From the NCBI GenBank assembly GCA_965232515.1, contig CBDDPY010000002.1:5152001-5216000 (forward strand): a stretch of 64,000 nucleotides of DNA. Direction: 5' to 3'. The translations under genes were made by a program, and so were the position numbers. The notes under the pieces are model-generated. The model was given only the letters and a program-made list of their open reading frames with translations, was not told where the DNA came from and did not search any database. The stretch comes from Alphaproteobacteria bacterium. GTDB lineage: Bacteria; Pseudomonadota; Alphaproteobacteria; GCA-2731375. Position 1 is the stretch's first letter; each line of letters starts with the position of its first letter. Positions 55,245-64,000 of the stretch are shown here, one piece after another.

Positions 55245-56036
55245 CTATTCGCCGGTCCCGTAGCCATACATTTCCGTCACCCGGCGCGCGGCCGGCGATT
55301 GCAGAAAGGCGACGAAAGCGCGTGCGGCCGCGTTGTCCGCCGCCCGCGTCAACAGAACGGCATCCTGGGCAATGGGGGTGTAGAGCGCGTCCGGCACCGG
55401 CCAGCGCGACCCGTGGCCGTGGCCGGCGATCTGCGCGCGCGCCACGAATCCGAGCTCGGCGTTGCCGGTGGCGACGAACTGATAGGTCTGCGCGATATTG
55501 TTGCCCTGCACGATCTTCGGCCTCAAATCGTCGTAGAGCCCCAGCGCCGTCATGGCCTCGACAGCGGCGGCGCCGTAGGGCGCGGTGACGGGGTTGGCGA
55601 GCGCGAGGCGCGTGAAGGCGCCGTCGCGCAAGGTGGTCTCACCGGTTACCAGCTCGGGGTCGTTGCTGAACAGCACGATCCGGCCGGTCACGTAGGTGAA
55701 GCGGCTCTCCGGCACCGCGAACCCTTCGTCGACGGCGCGTTTGGGGCGGGCCTGGTCGGCGGCCAGGAACACGTCGAACGGCGCGCCTTGCGTGATCTGG
55801 GTATAAAGCTGGCCGGTCGAGCCGAAGCTCAGGATCATGTCGTGACCGGTCTCTGCCTCGAACAGTGCGCCGATCTGCCTGGCCGCCTCCGTGAAATTGG
55901 CCGCCACCGCCGCCCGGACCTCGCCGGCGACGGCCGGTCCCGGCAGCGCGATCAGCAGCAGCGACGCGGCAGCCAGGGCCGTGCGCGCCGTCCGGCAAAT
56001 CGGCCTCGCCGCGGACAACCTATTGCCGCTCCACAA
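55245..56036 (-). CDS. modA: Molybdate ABC transporter substrate-binding protein
   Basis: Signal peptide; [33 protein letters not shown] and PIAQDAVLL. Confidence 0.95.
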   Translation of the reverse strand: MWSGNRLSAARPICRTARTALAAASLLLIALPGPAVAGEVRAAVAANFTEAARQIGALFEAETGHDMILSFGSTGQLYTQITQGAPFDVFLAADQARPKRAVDEGFAVPESRFTYVTGRIVLFSNDPELVTGETTLRDGAFTRLALANPVTAPYGAAAVEAMTALGLYDDLRPKIVQGNNIAQTYQFVATGNAELGFVARAQIAGHGHGSRWPVPDALYTPIAQDAVLLTRAADNAAARAFVAFLQSPAARRVTEMYGYGTGE

Positions 56037-56639
56037 CTAATCCTTCTTGTCGGCGAGCGCGTTGAGCTGTTGCTGCATGCGGTTGAGCTGGTCGCGCAAC
56101 CGCGTCAACTCGTCGCTATCGGGTTCCTTGCCCGTCGCCGGCGCTTCCGAATTGCCGTCCGGCGGGGCGCCGGCCGCGCCGAAGGGGTTGAGCATGCTCA
56201 TCGCCTGCTGGAACATCGCGACGTTCTGCCGGCCCATCTCCTCCATCTGGCGGAACGGGAACATGTCGCCGAACGCCTCGGACATGCGTTGGCGCATCTG
56301 CTCCTGGTTGCGGGCGAACGCTTCCATGCTCATTTCCAGGTAGCCCGGCACCAGCGTCTGCAGACTGTCGTCATAGAACCGGATCAACTGCCGCAGGAAC
56401 TGGATCGGCAACAGGTTCTGACCCTTGCTCTCTTCCTCGAAGATGATCTGGGTCAGCACGGAGCGCGTGATGTCCTCGCCGGTCTTGGCGTCCTCGACGA
56501 CGAAATCCGTGCCGTCCTTGACCATCTGGCAGAGATGCTCAAGCGTCACATAGCTGCTCGTCGCGGTGTTATAGAGGCGCCGGTTCGCGTATTTCTTGAT
56601 CTTGATGGCGGCGCCGTCCTGCCCGGCCTTTTCTGCCAC
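56037..56639 (-). CDS. phaR: Polyhydroxyalkanoate synthesis repressor PhaR
   Basis: IKKYANRRLYNT.TSSYVTL, DAKTGEDITRSVLTQII.E and FLRQLI.FY. Confidence 0.96.
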   Translation of the reverse strand: MAEKAGQDGAAIKIKKYANRRLYNTATSSYVTLEHLCQMVKDGTDFVVEDAKTGEDITRSVLTQIIFEEESKGQNLLPIQFLRQLIRFYDDSLQTLVPGYLEMSMEAFARNQEQMRQRMSEAFGDMFPFRQMEEMGRQNVAMFQQAMSMLNPFGAAGAPPDGNSEAPATGKEPDSDELTRLRDQLNRMQQQLNALADKKD

Positions 56640-56730
56640 TACCGTTCTGCCACGAATTGCGTCTCCGATCGGTCGGTTCGGCCCGGTTTGTCGATGTTCC
56701 GGGCCGGTCGGGCCAACTATCGCGCGCAAA

Positions 56731-56763
56731 TGTTGCGGCGCGCAAGTCTTTGTTGCAGCGCGC
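56731..56763. promoter_or_regulatory. Putative PhaR operator (autoregulation)
   Basis: Direct repeats TGTTGCGGCGCGC and TGTTGCAGCGCGC, 20 bp apart, in the phaR / small-ORF divergent promoter; TGC-rich like PhaR boxes. Confidence 0.55.
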
Positions 56764-56841
56764 CATTCCCGATCGGACGCCGGCTCGCGGCCGCTCCGGG
56801 GCGTGCTGGCGCTGTCCACGGTGCGGCGATATAGTCGGGCC

Positions 56842-57201
56842 ATGCCCGCCGCCGAAGACCTCGACGATCTGGCCCGGCGTTACCTCGATCTATGGGAGCG
56901 TCAGTGCGCGGCGCTGGCATTGCAGCCCGCCGTCGCCGAGGGATTCGCCGCCTGGCTCGAGGCCGTGCGGTCGGCGACGGCGATGACCACCGCGATGACA
57001 AGGAGCGACCGTGACGGTCAGGCAGACAGCGGTCAGGGAAGCGGCGACGCCGGCGGAGCCGCGGCAGGGGCCGCGGCCGATGGCGCTGCATCTGGCGGTG
57101 GCGATGGCGACCTCGATGTCCTCGCTCGCCGCCTTGCCGATTGCGCGCGGCGGCTCGCTGACCTGGGACCCGTCGCTGGACGAACAGGCCGCGACGATTA
57201 G
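56842..57201 (+). CDS. Small hypothetical protein upstream of and overlapping the PhaC-like gene
   Basis: MPAAEDLDDLARRYLDLWERQ N-terminal helix and LDVLARRLADCARRLADL coiled-coil-like C-terminus. Confidence 0.6.
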   Translation: MPAAEDLDDLARRYLDLWERQCAALALQPAVAEGFAAWLEAVRSATAMTTAMTRSDRDGQADSGQGSGDAGGAAAGAAADGAASGGGDGDLDVLARRLADCARRLADLGPVAGRTGRDD

Positions 57202-58261
57202 CCGGCTGCTGTCGGCGTCGGAGCCCGGCGCCGTGGCCGCCGCCGTCGCCGCCGAAAGCCAGCGCCGGCTGACCGAGATGCTGGCCGGCATCCAGGCTTA
57301 TCAGGCGCATCCCTATCGTCGGGATCTGGCGGATGTGCCGGTGGTCTGGCGCGAGGGCAGCACCCGGCTGATGGACTATGGCGGCACGCCGGATGCACCG
57401 ACCGTGCTGTTCGTGCCGTCGCTTGTGAACCGGGCTTACATCCTCGACCTGTCGGTGCGGCGCAGCCTGCTGCGCTGGCTGGCGGCGAATGGTGTGCGGC
57501 CGCTGCTGGTCGACTGGGCCGCGCCGGGGCTCGACGAACGCGATTTCGACCTGACCGACTATATCGCCGGCCGCCTCGAGCGGGCGCTCGACGCCGCGCT
57601 GCACCTCGCGGACGGCAAGGTCGGCCTCGTCGGCTATTGCATGGGCGGCAATCTGGCGCTGGCCCTGGCCTTGCGCCGGCCAGACGATCTCACCCGGCTG
57701 GCATTGATGGCGACACCGTGGGATTTCCAAGCCGAGCTGGGCGCACAGGCCCGTCTGTTCGCGGCCCTGGAAGAGGTGCTGGACGACATCCTCGCTGCCT
57801 TCGGCGAGCTGCCCGTCGACATCCTGCAGGCCATGTTCGCCGGGCTTGATCCCAACCTGGCGGCGCGCAAGTTCCGCCGCTTCGCCCGCCTCGATCCGGC
57901 CGGCAAGCCGGCCGCCGACTTCGTGGCGCTGGAGGACTGGCTGAACGACGGCGTGCCGCTGGTGTCCAAGGTGGCGCGGGAATGCCTGGTCGGCTGGTAC
58001 GGACGGAACGAGGCGCTGGCCGGTGAATGGCGTATTGCCGGCGAGCCGGTGGCACCGGAGCGGCTGACCCTGCCGGCGCTGCTGGCGATGCCGGCCGACG
58101 ATCGGATCGTGCCGCCGGCCTCGGCTCAGGCGCTGGCCGACCGCCTGCCGCGGACGACGACGATTTCGCCGCGGGCCGGCCATATCGGCATGGTCGCCGG
58201 CAGCCGCGCCAAACGCGCGCTCTGGCAGCCGTTACGGGATTGGCTGGTCTCTGATCTCTGA
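57011..58261 (+). CDS. phaC: Short (class III-like) PHA synthase family alpha/beta hydrolase
   Basis: VPSLVNRAYILDL, lipase-box variant GYCMGG, PWDF, DDRIVP (Asp) and GHIG (His); start at GTG 57011 or ATG 57080. Confidence 0.82.
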   Translation: MTVRQTAVREAATPAEPRQGPRPMALHLAVAMATSMSSLAALPIARGGSLTWDPSLDEQAATISRLLSASEPGAVAAAVAAESQRRLTEMLAGIQAYQAHPYRRDLADVPVVWREGSTRLMDYGGTPDAPTVLFVPSLVNRAYILDLSVRRSLLRWLAANGVRPLLVDWAAPGLDERDFDLTDYIAGRLERALDAALHLADGKVGLVGYCMGGNLALALALRRPDDLTRLALMATPWDFQAELGAQARLFAALEEVLDDILAAFGELPVDILQAMFAGLDPNLAARKFRRFARLDPAGKPAADFVALEDWLNDGVPLVSKVARECLVGWYGRNEALAGEWRIAGEPVAPERLTLPALLAMPADDRIVPPASAQALADRLPRTTTISPRAGHIGMVAGSRAKRALWQPLRDWLVSDL

Positions 58262-59635
<1,374 letters not shown>

Positions 59636-59660
59636 CGCAAATTTAGTTGTTCCAAATCAT

Positions 59661-59692
59661 TGGGCCGCCCCTCGGGGCGGCCCATATTTTTT
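59661..59692 (+). terminator. Rho-independent terminator-like hairpin between phaA and phaB
   Basis: GC-rich hairpin TGGGCCGCCCCTCGGGGCGGCCCA followed by TATTTTTT. Confidence 0.75.
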
Positions 59693-59810
59693 GCGTGGCC
59701 GCCGAGCACGGCTGACAGGGGTCGACGGATCGTGGTTTGATGACCGTGCCGACCGGCTGGGAGACGGCGGCACAAAAACGCACCAGGCTGGACAGCGGAG
59801 GAATCAGGTT

Positions 59811-60533
59811 ATGGCCAGAGTAGCGATAGTTACCGGCGGCACGCGTGGCATCGGCCGGGCGATCTGCGTCGCCCTGAAGGATGCCGGCTTTTCGGTGGCG
59901 GCCAACTATGGGGGGAACGACGAGGCTGCGCATCGGTTTTCGGAAGAAACCGGCATCACGGCCTACAAGTGGAATGTCGCGGACTACGACGCCTGCCAGC
60001 AGGGCTGCGCCCGGGTGGCGGAAGAGCTCGGGAACGTCGACGTGCTGGTCAACAACGCGGGCATAACGCGGGACGGGACCCTCATCCGCATGAGCCAGGA
60101 GGACTGGCAGGCGGTGATCGACACCAATCTCGGCTCCTGCTTCAACATGGCGAAGGCGGTGTTTCCGGCCATGCGCGAGAACCGCTTCGGGCGGATCGTG
60201 AACATCGGCTCGATCAACGGCCAGGCCGGCCAGTACGGCCAGGTCAATTACGCGGCCGCGAAATCCGGCATCCACGGCTTCACCAAGGCGCTCGCCCAGG
60301 AAGGCGCGCGCTACAACATCACGGTCAACGCCATCGCGCCGGGCTATATCGACACCGACATGGTGGCCGCCGTGCCGGACAACGTGCTGGAGAAGATCAT
60401 TTCGGGCATCCCGGTCGGTCGCCTCGGCCATGCCGACGAGATCGCCCGCGGCGTCGCCTTCCTGGTCTCGGACGACGCCACGTTCATCACCGGCTCGACC
60501 ATGTCGATCAACGGCGGTCAGCACATGTACTGA
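59811..60533 (+). CDS. phaB: Acetoacetyl-CoA reductase
   Basis: TGGTRGIG, NNAGITRD, SINGQAGQYGQVNYAAAK and INGGQHMY. Confidence 0.97.
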   Translation: MARVAIVTGGTRGIGRAICVALKDAGFSVAANYGGNDEAAHRFSEETGITAYKWNVADYDACQQGCARVAEELGNVDVLVNNAGITRDGTLIRMSQEDWQAVIDTNLGSCFNMAKAVFPAMRENRFGRIVNIGSINGQAGQYGQVNYAAAKSGIHGFTKALAQEGARYNITVNAIAPGYIDTDMVAAVPDNVLEKIISGIPVGRLGHADEIARGVAFLVSDDATFITGSTMSINGGQHMY

Positions 60534-60610
60534 GATCGGCTAACATCAGTCGTTTCGGCGGCCGGCGCGGTTTCCGTTGCCGGCCGTCTGTTATTTCGCG
60601 GGAGGTTGAT

Positions 60611-61024
60611 ATGAAGCAAACCATGGTGGTCCCCGTCAGCGAAGCCGACGCCGGGCCGGAAGTAAAAGCGGTCTACGACGACATCAAGGCGACGCGCGGC
60701 ATCGACTCGATCCCGAACTTCTGGCGCACGATCGCGCACCACCCGCCGCTGCTGCGCCGGACCTGGGAGACGCTGAAGGAGATCATGGCGCCGGGCGCGC
60801 TCGATCCGCTGACCAAGGAGATGATCGCCGTCGCCGTCAGCGCCACCAACGGCTGCGAATACTGCATCCGCTCGCACACGGCGTCGGCCCGCAAGCTCGG
60901 GCTGACCGACGAGATGTTCGGTGAGCTGATGAGCGTCGTCGGCATGTTCAACGAAACCAACCGCCTGGCCGAGGCCTACCAGGTCGAGCCCGACGCCGCC
61001 TTCTTCCGCCGCGAGGACAGCTAG
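60611..61024 (+). CDS. AhpD-like carboxymuconolactone decarboxylase family protein (CxxC)
   Basis: LDPLTKEMIAVAVSATNGCEYCIRSH; GGAGG RBS. Confidence 0.9.
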   Translation: MKQTMVVPVSEADAGPEVKAVYDDIKATRGIDSIPNFWRTIAHHPPLLRRTWETLKEIMAPGALDPLTKEMIAVAVSATNGCEYCIRSHTASARKLGLTDEMFGELMSVVGMFNETNRLAEAYQVEPDAAFFRREDS

Positions 61025-61150
61025 CCCGCACATCGGCGTTTCGGCATATTCCGATGTTGCCAGGCCGGTGATCGTGATAGAGCCTGAGAACCTGAAGCGG
61101 GTTGATTCCTGGCCTGACCCTGCAACGAAAAAAGGAAGTTGCCCCTGACG

Positions 61151-62077
61151 ATGACGGGACCGATGCGGGGCGATCGACGCTTGCGGGCGACACTGATCGG
61201 CGGAACGGCGGTGCTGATGTGGGCGCTGCTGGCGCTGTTCACGGCCGCGACCGGCGCCGTGCCGCCGTTCCAGCTCGTCGCCATGTCGTTCGCCGTCGCT
61301 TTCCTGCTGGCGCTCGGCAAGTGGCTCTGGAAGCGCGAGAACATCGTGCGGCATCTGGCGCAGCCGCCGGCGGTGTGGCTGCTCGGCGTCGGCGGCCTGT
61401 TCGGCTATCACTTCTTCTATTTTCTGGCGCTGCGCAACGCGCCCGTGGTCGAGGCCGGCCTGATCGCCTATCTCTGGCCGCTGCTGATCGTGTTGTTCTC
61501 GGCCCTGCTGCCGGGCGAACGGCTGCGCTGGTGGCATCTCGCGGGTGCCGGCATGGGGCTTGCCGGCACCGCATTGCTGGTCACCGGTGGCGGCCAGGTC
61601 GCGTTCCGGGCCGAGTTTGCGCTTGGCTACGGCGCGGCGCTGGTATGCGCGCTTACCTGGTCGACCTATTCCGTGGTTTCCCGGCGGTTCGGGCATGTGC
61701 CGACGGACACGGTCGGCGGTTTCTGTGGCGCGACCGCCATCCTGGCCGTGGCCGCTCATCTCGCTTTCGAGACCACGCTGTGGCCGGCCTCGCCGCTGCA
61801 GTGGTTGGCGGTTCTGGCGCTCGGCATCGGGCCGGTCGGCGGGGCGTTTTTCGTCTGGGATCACGGCGTCAAGCACGGCGATATCCAGGTGCTGGGCGCG
61901 TTTTCCTATGCCGCGCCGCTGCTGTCGACCTTGATCCTGATCCTGGCCGGCGTGGCGGCTGCCACCTGGGTCGTAGGGATCGCCTGTCTACTGATCACCG
62001 GCGGCGCGGTGCTGGCCGCGCGCAGCCTGTTCAGCCATGTCCGTGCCGGCCGCCGTGGCCGGGCCGCGAACGTGTGA
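61151..62077 (+). CDS. DMT/EamA transporter, YddG-like
   Basis: ATLIG..AV.MW, GLFGYH..YF.AL, LIAYLWPLLIV, WD.GVKHGDI and SYAAPLLST. Confidence 0.9.
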   Translation: MTGPMRGDRRLRATLIGGTAVLMWALLALFTAATGAVPPFQLVAMSFAVAFLLALGKWLWKRENIVRHLAQPPAVWLLGVGGLFGYHFFYFLALRNAPVVEAGLIAYLWPLLIVLFSALLPGERLRWWHLAGAGMGLAGTALLVTGGGQVAFRAEFALGYGAALVCALTWSTYSVVSRRFGHVPTDTVGGFCGATAILAVAAHLAFETTLWPASPLQWLAVLALGIGPVGGAFFVWDHGVKHGDIQVLGAFSYAAPLLSTLILILAGVAAATWVVGIACLLITGGAVLAARSLFSHVRAGRRGRAANV

Positions 62078-63737
62078 TCGCGGCCGACATCAGGATTACC
62101 GGCAGGATCCCGGCCAAGACGATCGACAGCGCCCAGAGCCCGGTCTCCTCGAAGCGCTCGTCGCTGGCATATTCGAACACGCGCGTTGCCAGCGTGCCGA
62201 AGTTGAACGGCCGCAGGATCAGCGTCGCCGGCAGCTCTTTCATAACGTCGACGAAGACCAGCAGCGCGGCCGCCAGCACGCCGCCACGGATCAGTGGCAC
62301 GTGCACCCTGGTCAGCGTCGCCAGCGGCCCATGGCCGAGCGTGCGCGCGGCGCCGTCCATCGATGGCGTTACCCGGGTCAGACTGGCCTCGACGCTGCCG
62401 AAAGACAGCGCCATGAAACGGACGAGATAAGCGAAGGTCATCGCCACCACCGTGCCGCTCAACAGGAGGCCCGTGGCAATGCCGAAGCTGCTGCGCATGA
62501 CGCCGTCGATGGTGTTGTCGATCCAGGCAAAGGGGATCAGCACGCCGACCGCGATCACAGAACCGGGGATGGCGTAGCCGATCGCGGCAAAGCGGGCGGC
62601 GAAGCGCAGCACCGGTCCGCCGCTCAGGCGCACGGCATAGGCCATGTAGATGGCGACGACTGTTGCCAGCAATGCGGCAATGGCCGCCAGGCCGATGGTG
62701 TTGACGATGTCGGAGACGAAATCGACCTTGCGCACATAGGCAAAGGTCAGGAACGTCCAATCGACGAGCACCGCCGCCGGCAACAGGAAGCCCAACAGCA
62801 GCGGCAGCCCGCAGGCGGCGACCGCGCCGGCGGCGCGCCAGCCGGTCAAATGGAAATCGGGCAGCGCGTGATAGCGTCGCGCAATCTGATGAAACCGCTG
62901 GCCCCGCCGGGACGAACGCTCCAGCAGCAGCAGCGCCAGCACGAACAGCAGCATGACGGTGGCGAGCTGTGCCGCCGCCGGCGCGTTGTAGAGACCGAGC
63001 CAGACCTCGTAGATCCCGGTGGTGAAGGTGTTGACGCCGAAGACCTGGACCGTGCCGAAATCGTTCAGCGTCTCCATCAGCGCCAGGGCGATGCCGACGG
63101 CGATCGACGGCCGTGCCATCGGCAGAGCGACGCGCCAGAAGCTGCGCCAGGCGCTCAGACCCAGTGTACGGCTGGCCTCCATCGCCGCAACCGACTGGTC
63201 GATAAAGGCGGCGCGGGCCAGCAGGTAGACGTACGGATAGAGTACCAGGATCATCATCGCGGCGGCGCCGCCGAGCGAGCGGATCTCGGGAAACCAGTAG
63301 TCCCGCGGTGAGCTCCAGCCGGTGATCGCGCGCAGGCCGATCTGCACCGGGCCGGCATACTCCAGCAGCTCCACGTAGATCAGCGCGATCACGTAGGCCG
63401 GCATCGCCAGCGGCAGCAGCAGGGCCCATTCGAAGATCCGCCGGCCCGGAAAGCGGCAGGTGGTCACCAGCCAGGCCGTGCCGGCGCCGATCAGCGCAAT
63501 GCCGATGCCGACGATTAGCAGCAGGAGAAGGGTGTTTATCACATAGCCCGGCAGCACCGTGGTCACGAGGTGCAGCCAGATCTCGCCGGTCGGGCCGGCG
63601 GCAATGCCGATCACGGCCAGGATCGGCAAGGCAACCAGGATCGCGACCACGGCCGCGCCCCAGGTCCAGGCACGACCTGTTCGCCGTCGCGGCGCAGCGG
63701 GCGCGCCGGCGGCGGGGCTATCCGCGGCCGCGCTCAT
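62031..63737 (-). CDS. Fe(III) ABC transporter permease (FbpB/FutB family)
   Basis: LPLAMPAYV, YPYVYLLARAAF, LMETLNDFG and KELPATLILRPFNF.TLA. Confidence 0.93.
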   Translation of the reverse strand: MSAAADSPAAGAPAAPRRRTGRAWTWGAAVVAILVALPILAVIGIAAGPTGEIWLHLVTTVLPGYVINTLLLLLIVGIGIALIGAGTAWLVTTCRFPGRRIFEWALLLPLAMPAYVIALIYVELLEYAGPVQIGLRAITGWSSPRDYWFPEIRSLGGAAAMMILVLYPYVYLLARAAFIDQSVAAMEASRTLGLSAWRSFWRVALPMARPSIAVGIALALMETLNDFGTVQVFGVNTFTTGIYEVWLGLYNAPAAAQLATVMLLFVLALLLLERSSRRGQRFHQIARRYHALPDFHLTGWRAAGAVAACGLPLLLGFLLPAAVLVDWTFLTFAYVRKVDFVSDIVNTIGLAAIAALLATVVAIYMAYAVRLSGGPVLRFAARFAAIGYAIPGSVIAVGVLIPFAWIDNTIDGVMRSSFGIATGLLLSGTVVAMTFAYLVRFMALSFGSVEASLTRVTPSMDGAARTLGHGPLATLTRVHVPLIRGGVLAAALLVFVDVMKELPATLILRPFNFGTLATRVFEYASDERFEETGLWALSIVLAGILPVILMSAAITRSRPGHGGRHGHG

Positions 63738-63800
63738 GCGGACCTGTCTGTTGCATACATCGCCGGAGGTGGTGTCTTGTCGTTGTCGTTAGCCCTGCAG

Positions 63801-63835
63801 GCAAAAAGGCGGAATCCGCAGATCCCGCCTTTCGC
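63801..63835 (-). terminator. Hairpin between the Fe-binding protein gene and the permease gene
   Basis: AAAAAGGCGG-AATCCGCAGATC-CCGCCTTT stem with a U-run on the minus strand. Confidence 0.55.
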
Positions 63836-63900
63836 TGACTAAAGACGCGTGTCGCCGGCGTGTCAATACGCCCGGGTCGCGATAGATGGTTCCCCGGCGG

Positions 63901-64000
63901 TCACTCGAAACCGACCTCGTTGAAGATCTTGATCGCGCTCGGGGCGTTGTCGGCAATGGTCTGCAGGCTGACGGTGTCGGCCTTGAACGTGCCCCACGAC
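63901..64000 (-). CDS. Fe(III) ABC transporter substrate-binding protein (FbpA/FutA), C-terminal fragment
   Basis: Hand translation gives ...SWGTFKADTVSLQTIADNAPSAIKIFNEVGFE*, a typical FutA-type ending; upstream of the permease gene. Confidence 0.8.
   Translation of the reverse strand, partial: SWGTFKADTVSLQTIADNAPSAIKIFNEVGFE

Noticed and set aside
61078-61135. CTGAGA-ACCTGAAGCGGGTTGATTCCTGG upstream of the YddG-like gene, resembling a TPP riboswitch
   Set aside because: The P2/P3 region between CTGAGA and CCTGA and the closing GCGNAGG are missing; an Rfam RF00059 scan would be needed to settle it.

Overview
GC-rich, gene-dense chromosomal segment of an alphaproteobacterium. A Rhodospirillales-like lineage is inferred from the phaR / small ORF / short phaC / phaA / phaB layout, DUF4170 and the GTCA...TGAC palindromic repeats. 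I see no rRNA, tRNA, CRISPR array, integrase or transposase. The window is mostly catabolic and transport genes. (1) A lysine/saccharopine dehydrogenase gene with a divergent Lrp regulator. (2) Two Baeyer-Villiger monooxygenases converging on a MekB-like esterase. (3) Two stand-alone type II toxin-antitoxin pairs. (4) A GcvT-family dehydrogenase. (5) A ~10 kb pair of convergent operons: group D flavin monooxygenase, two paralogous tandem-CMD proteins, a Tat-exported NitT/TauT-type ABC importer, an HpcH aldolase and a two-subunit hydantoinase/oxoprolinase. This looks like an uncharacterised catabolic pathway. (6) A divergent YrdC/Sua5 paralogue paired with a cysteine amidohydrolase. (7) Sugar and sugar-acid oxidation genes. 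(8) An oxalyl-CoA synthetase/reductase-like pair with a hydrolase. (9) c-di-GMP proteins, modABC, a PHA locus with a possible mini-PhaE partner, and an Fe(III) ABC transporter. All functional calls come from motif and family recognition by eye; no database searches were run.
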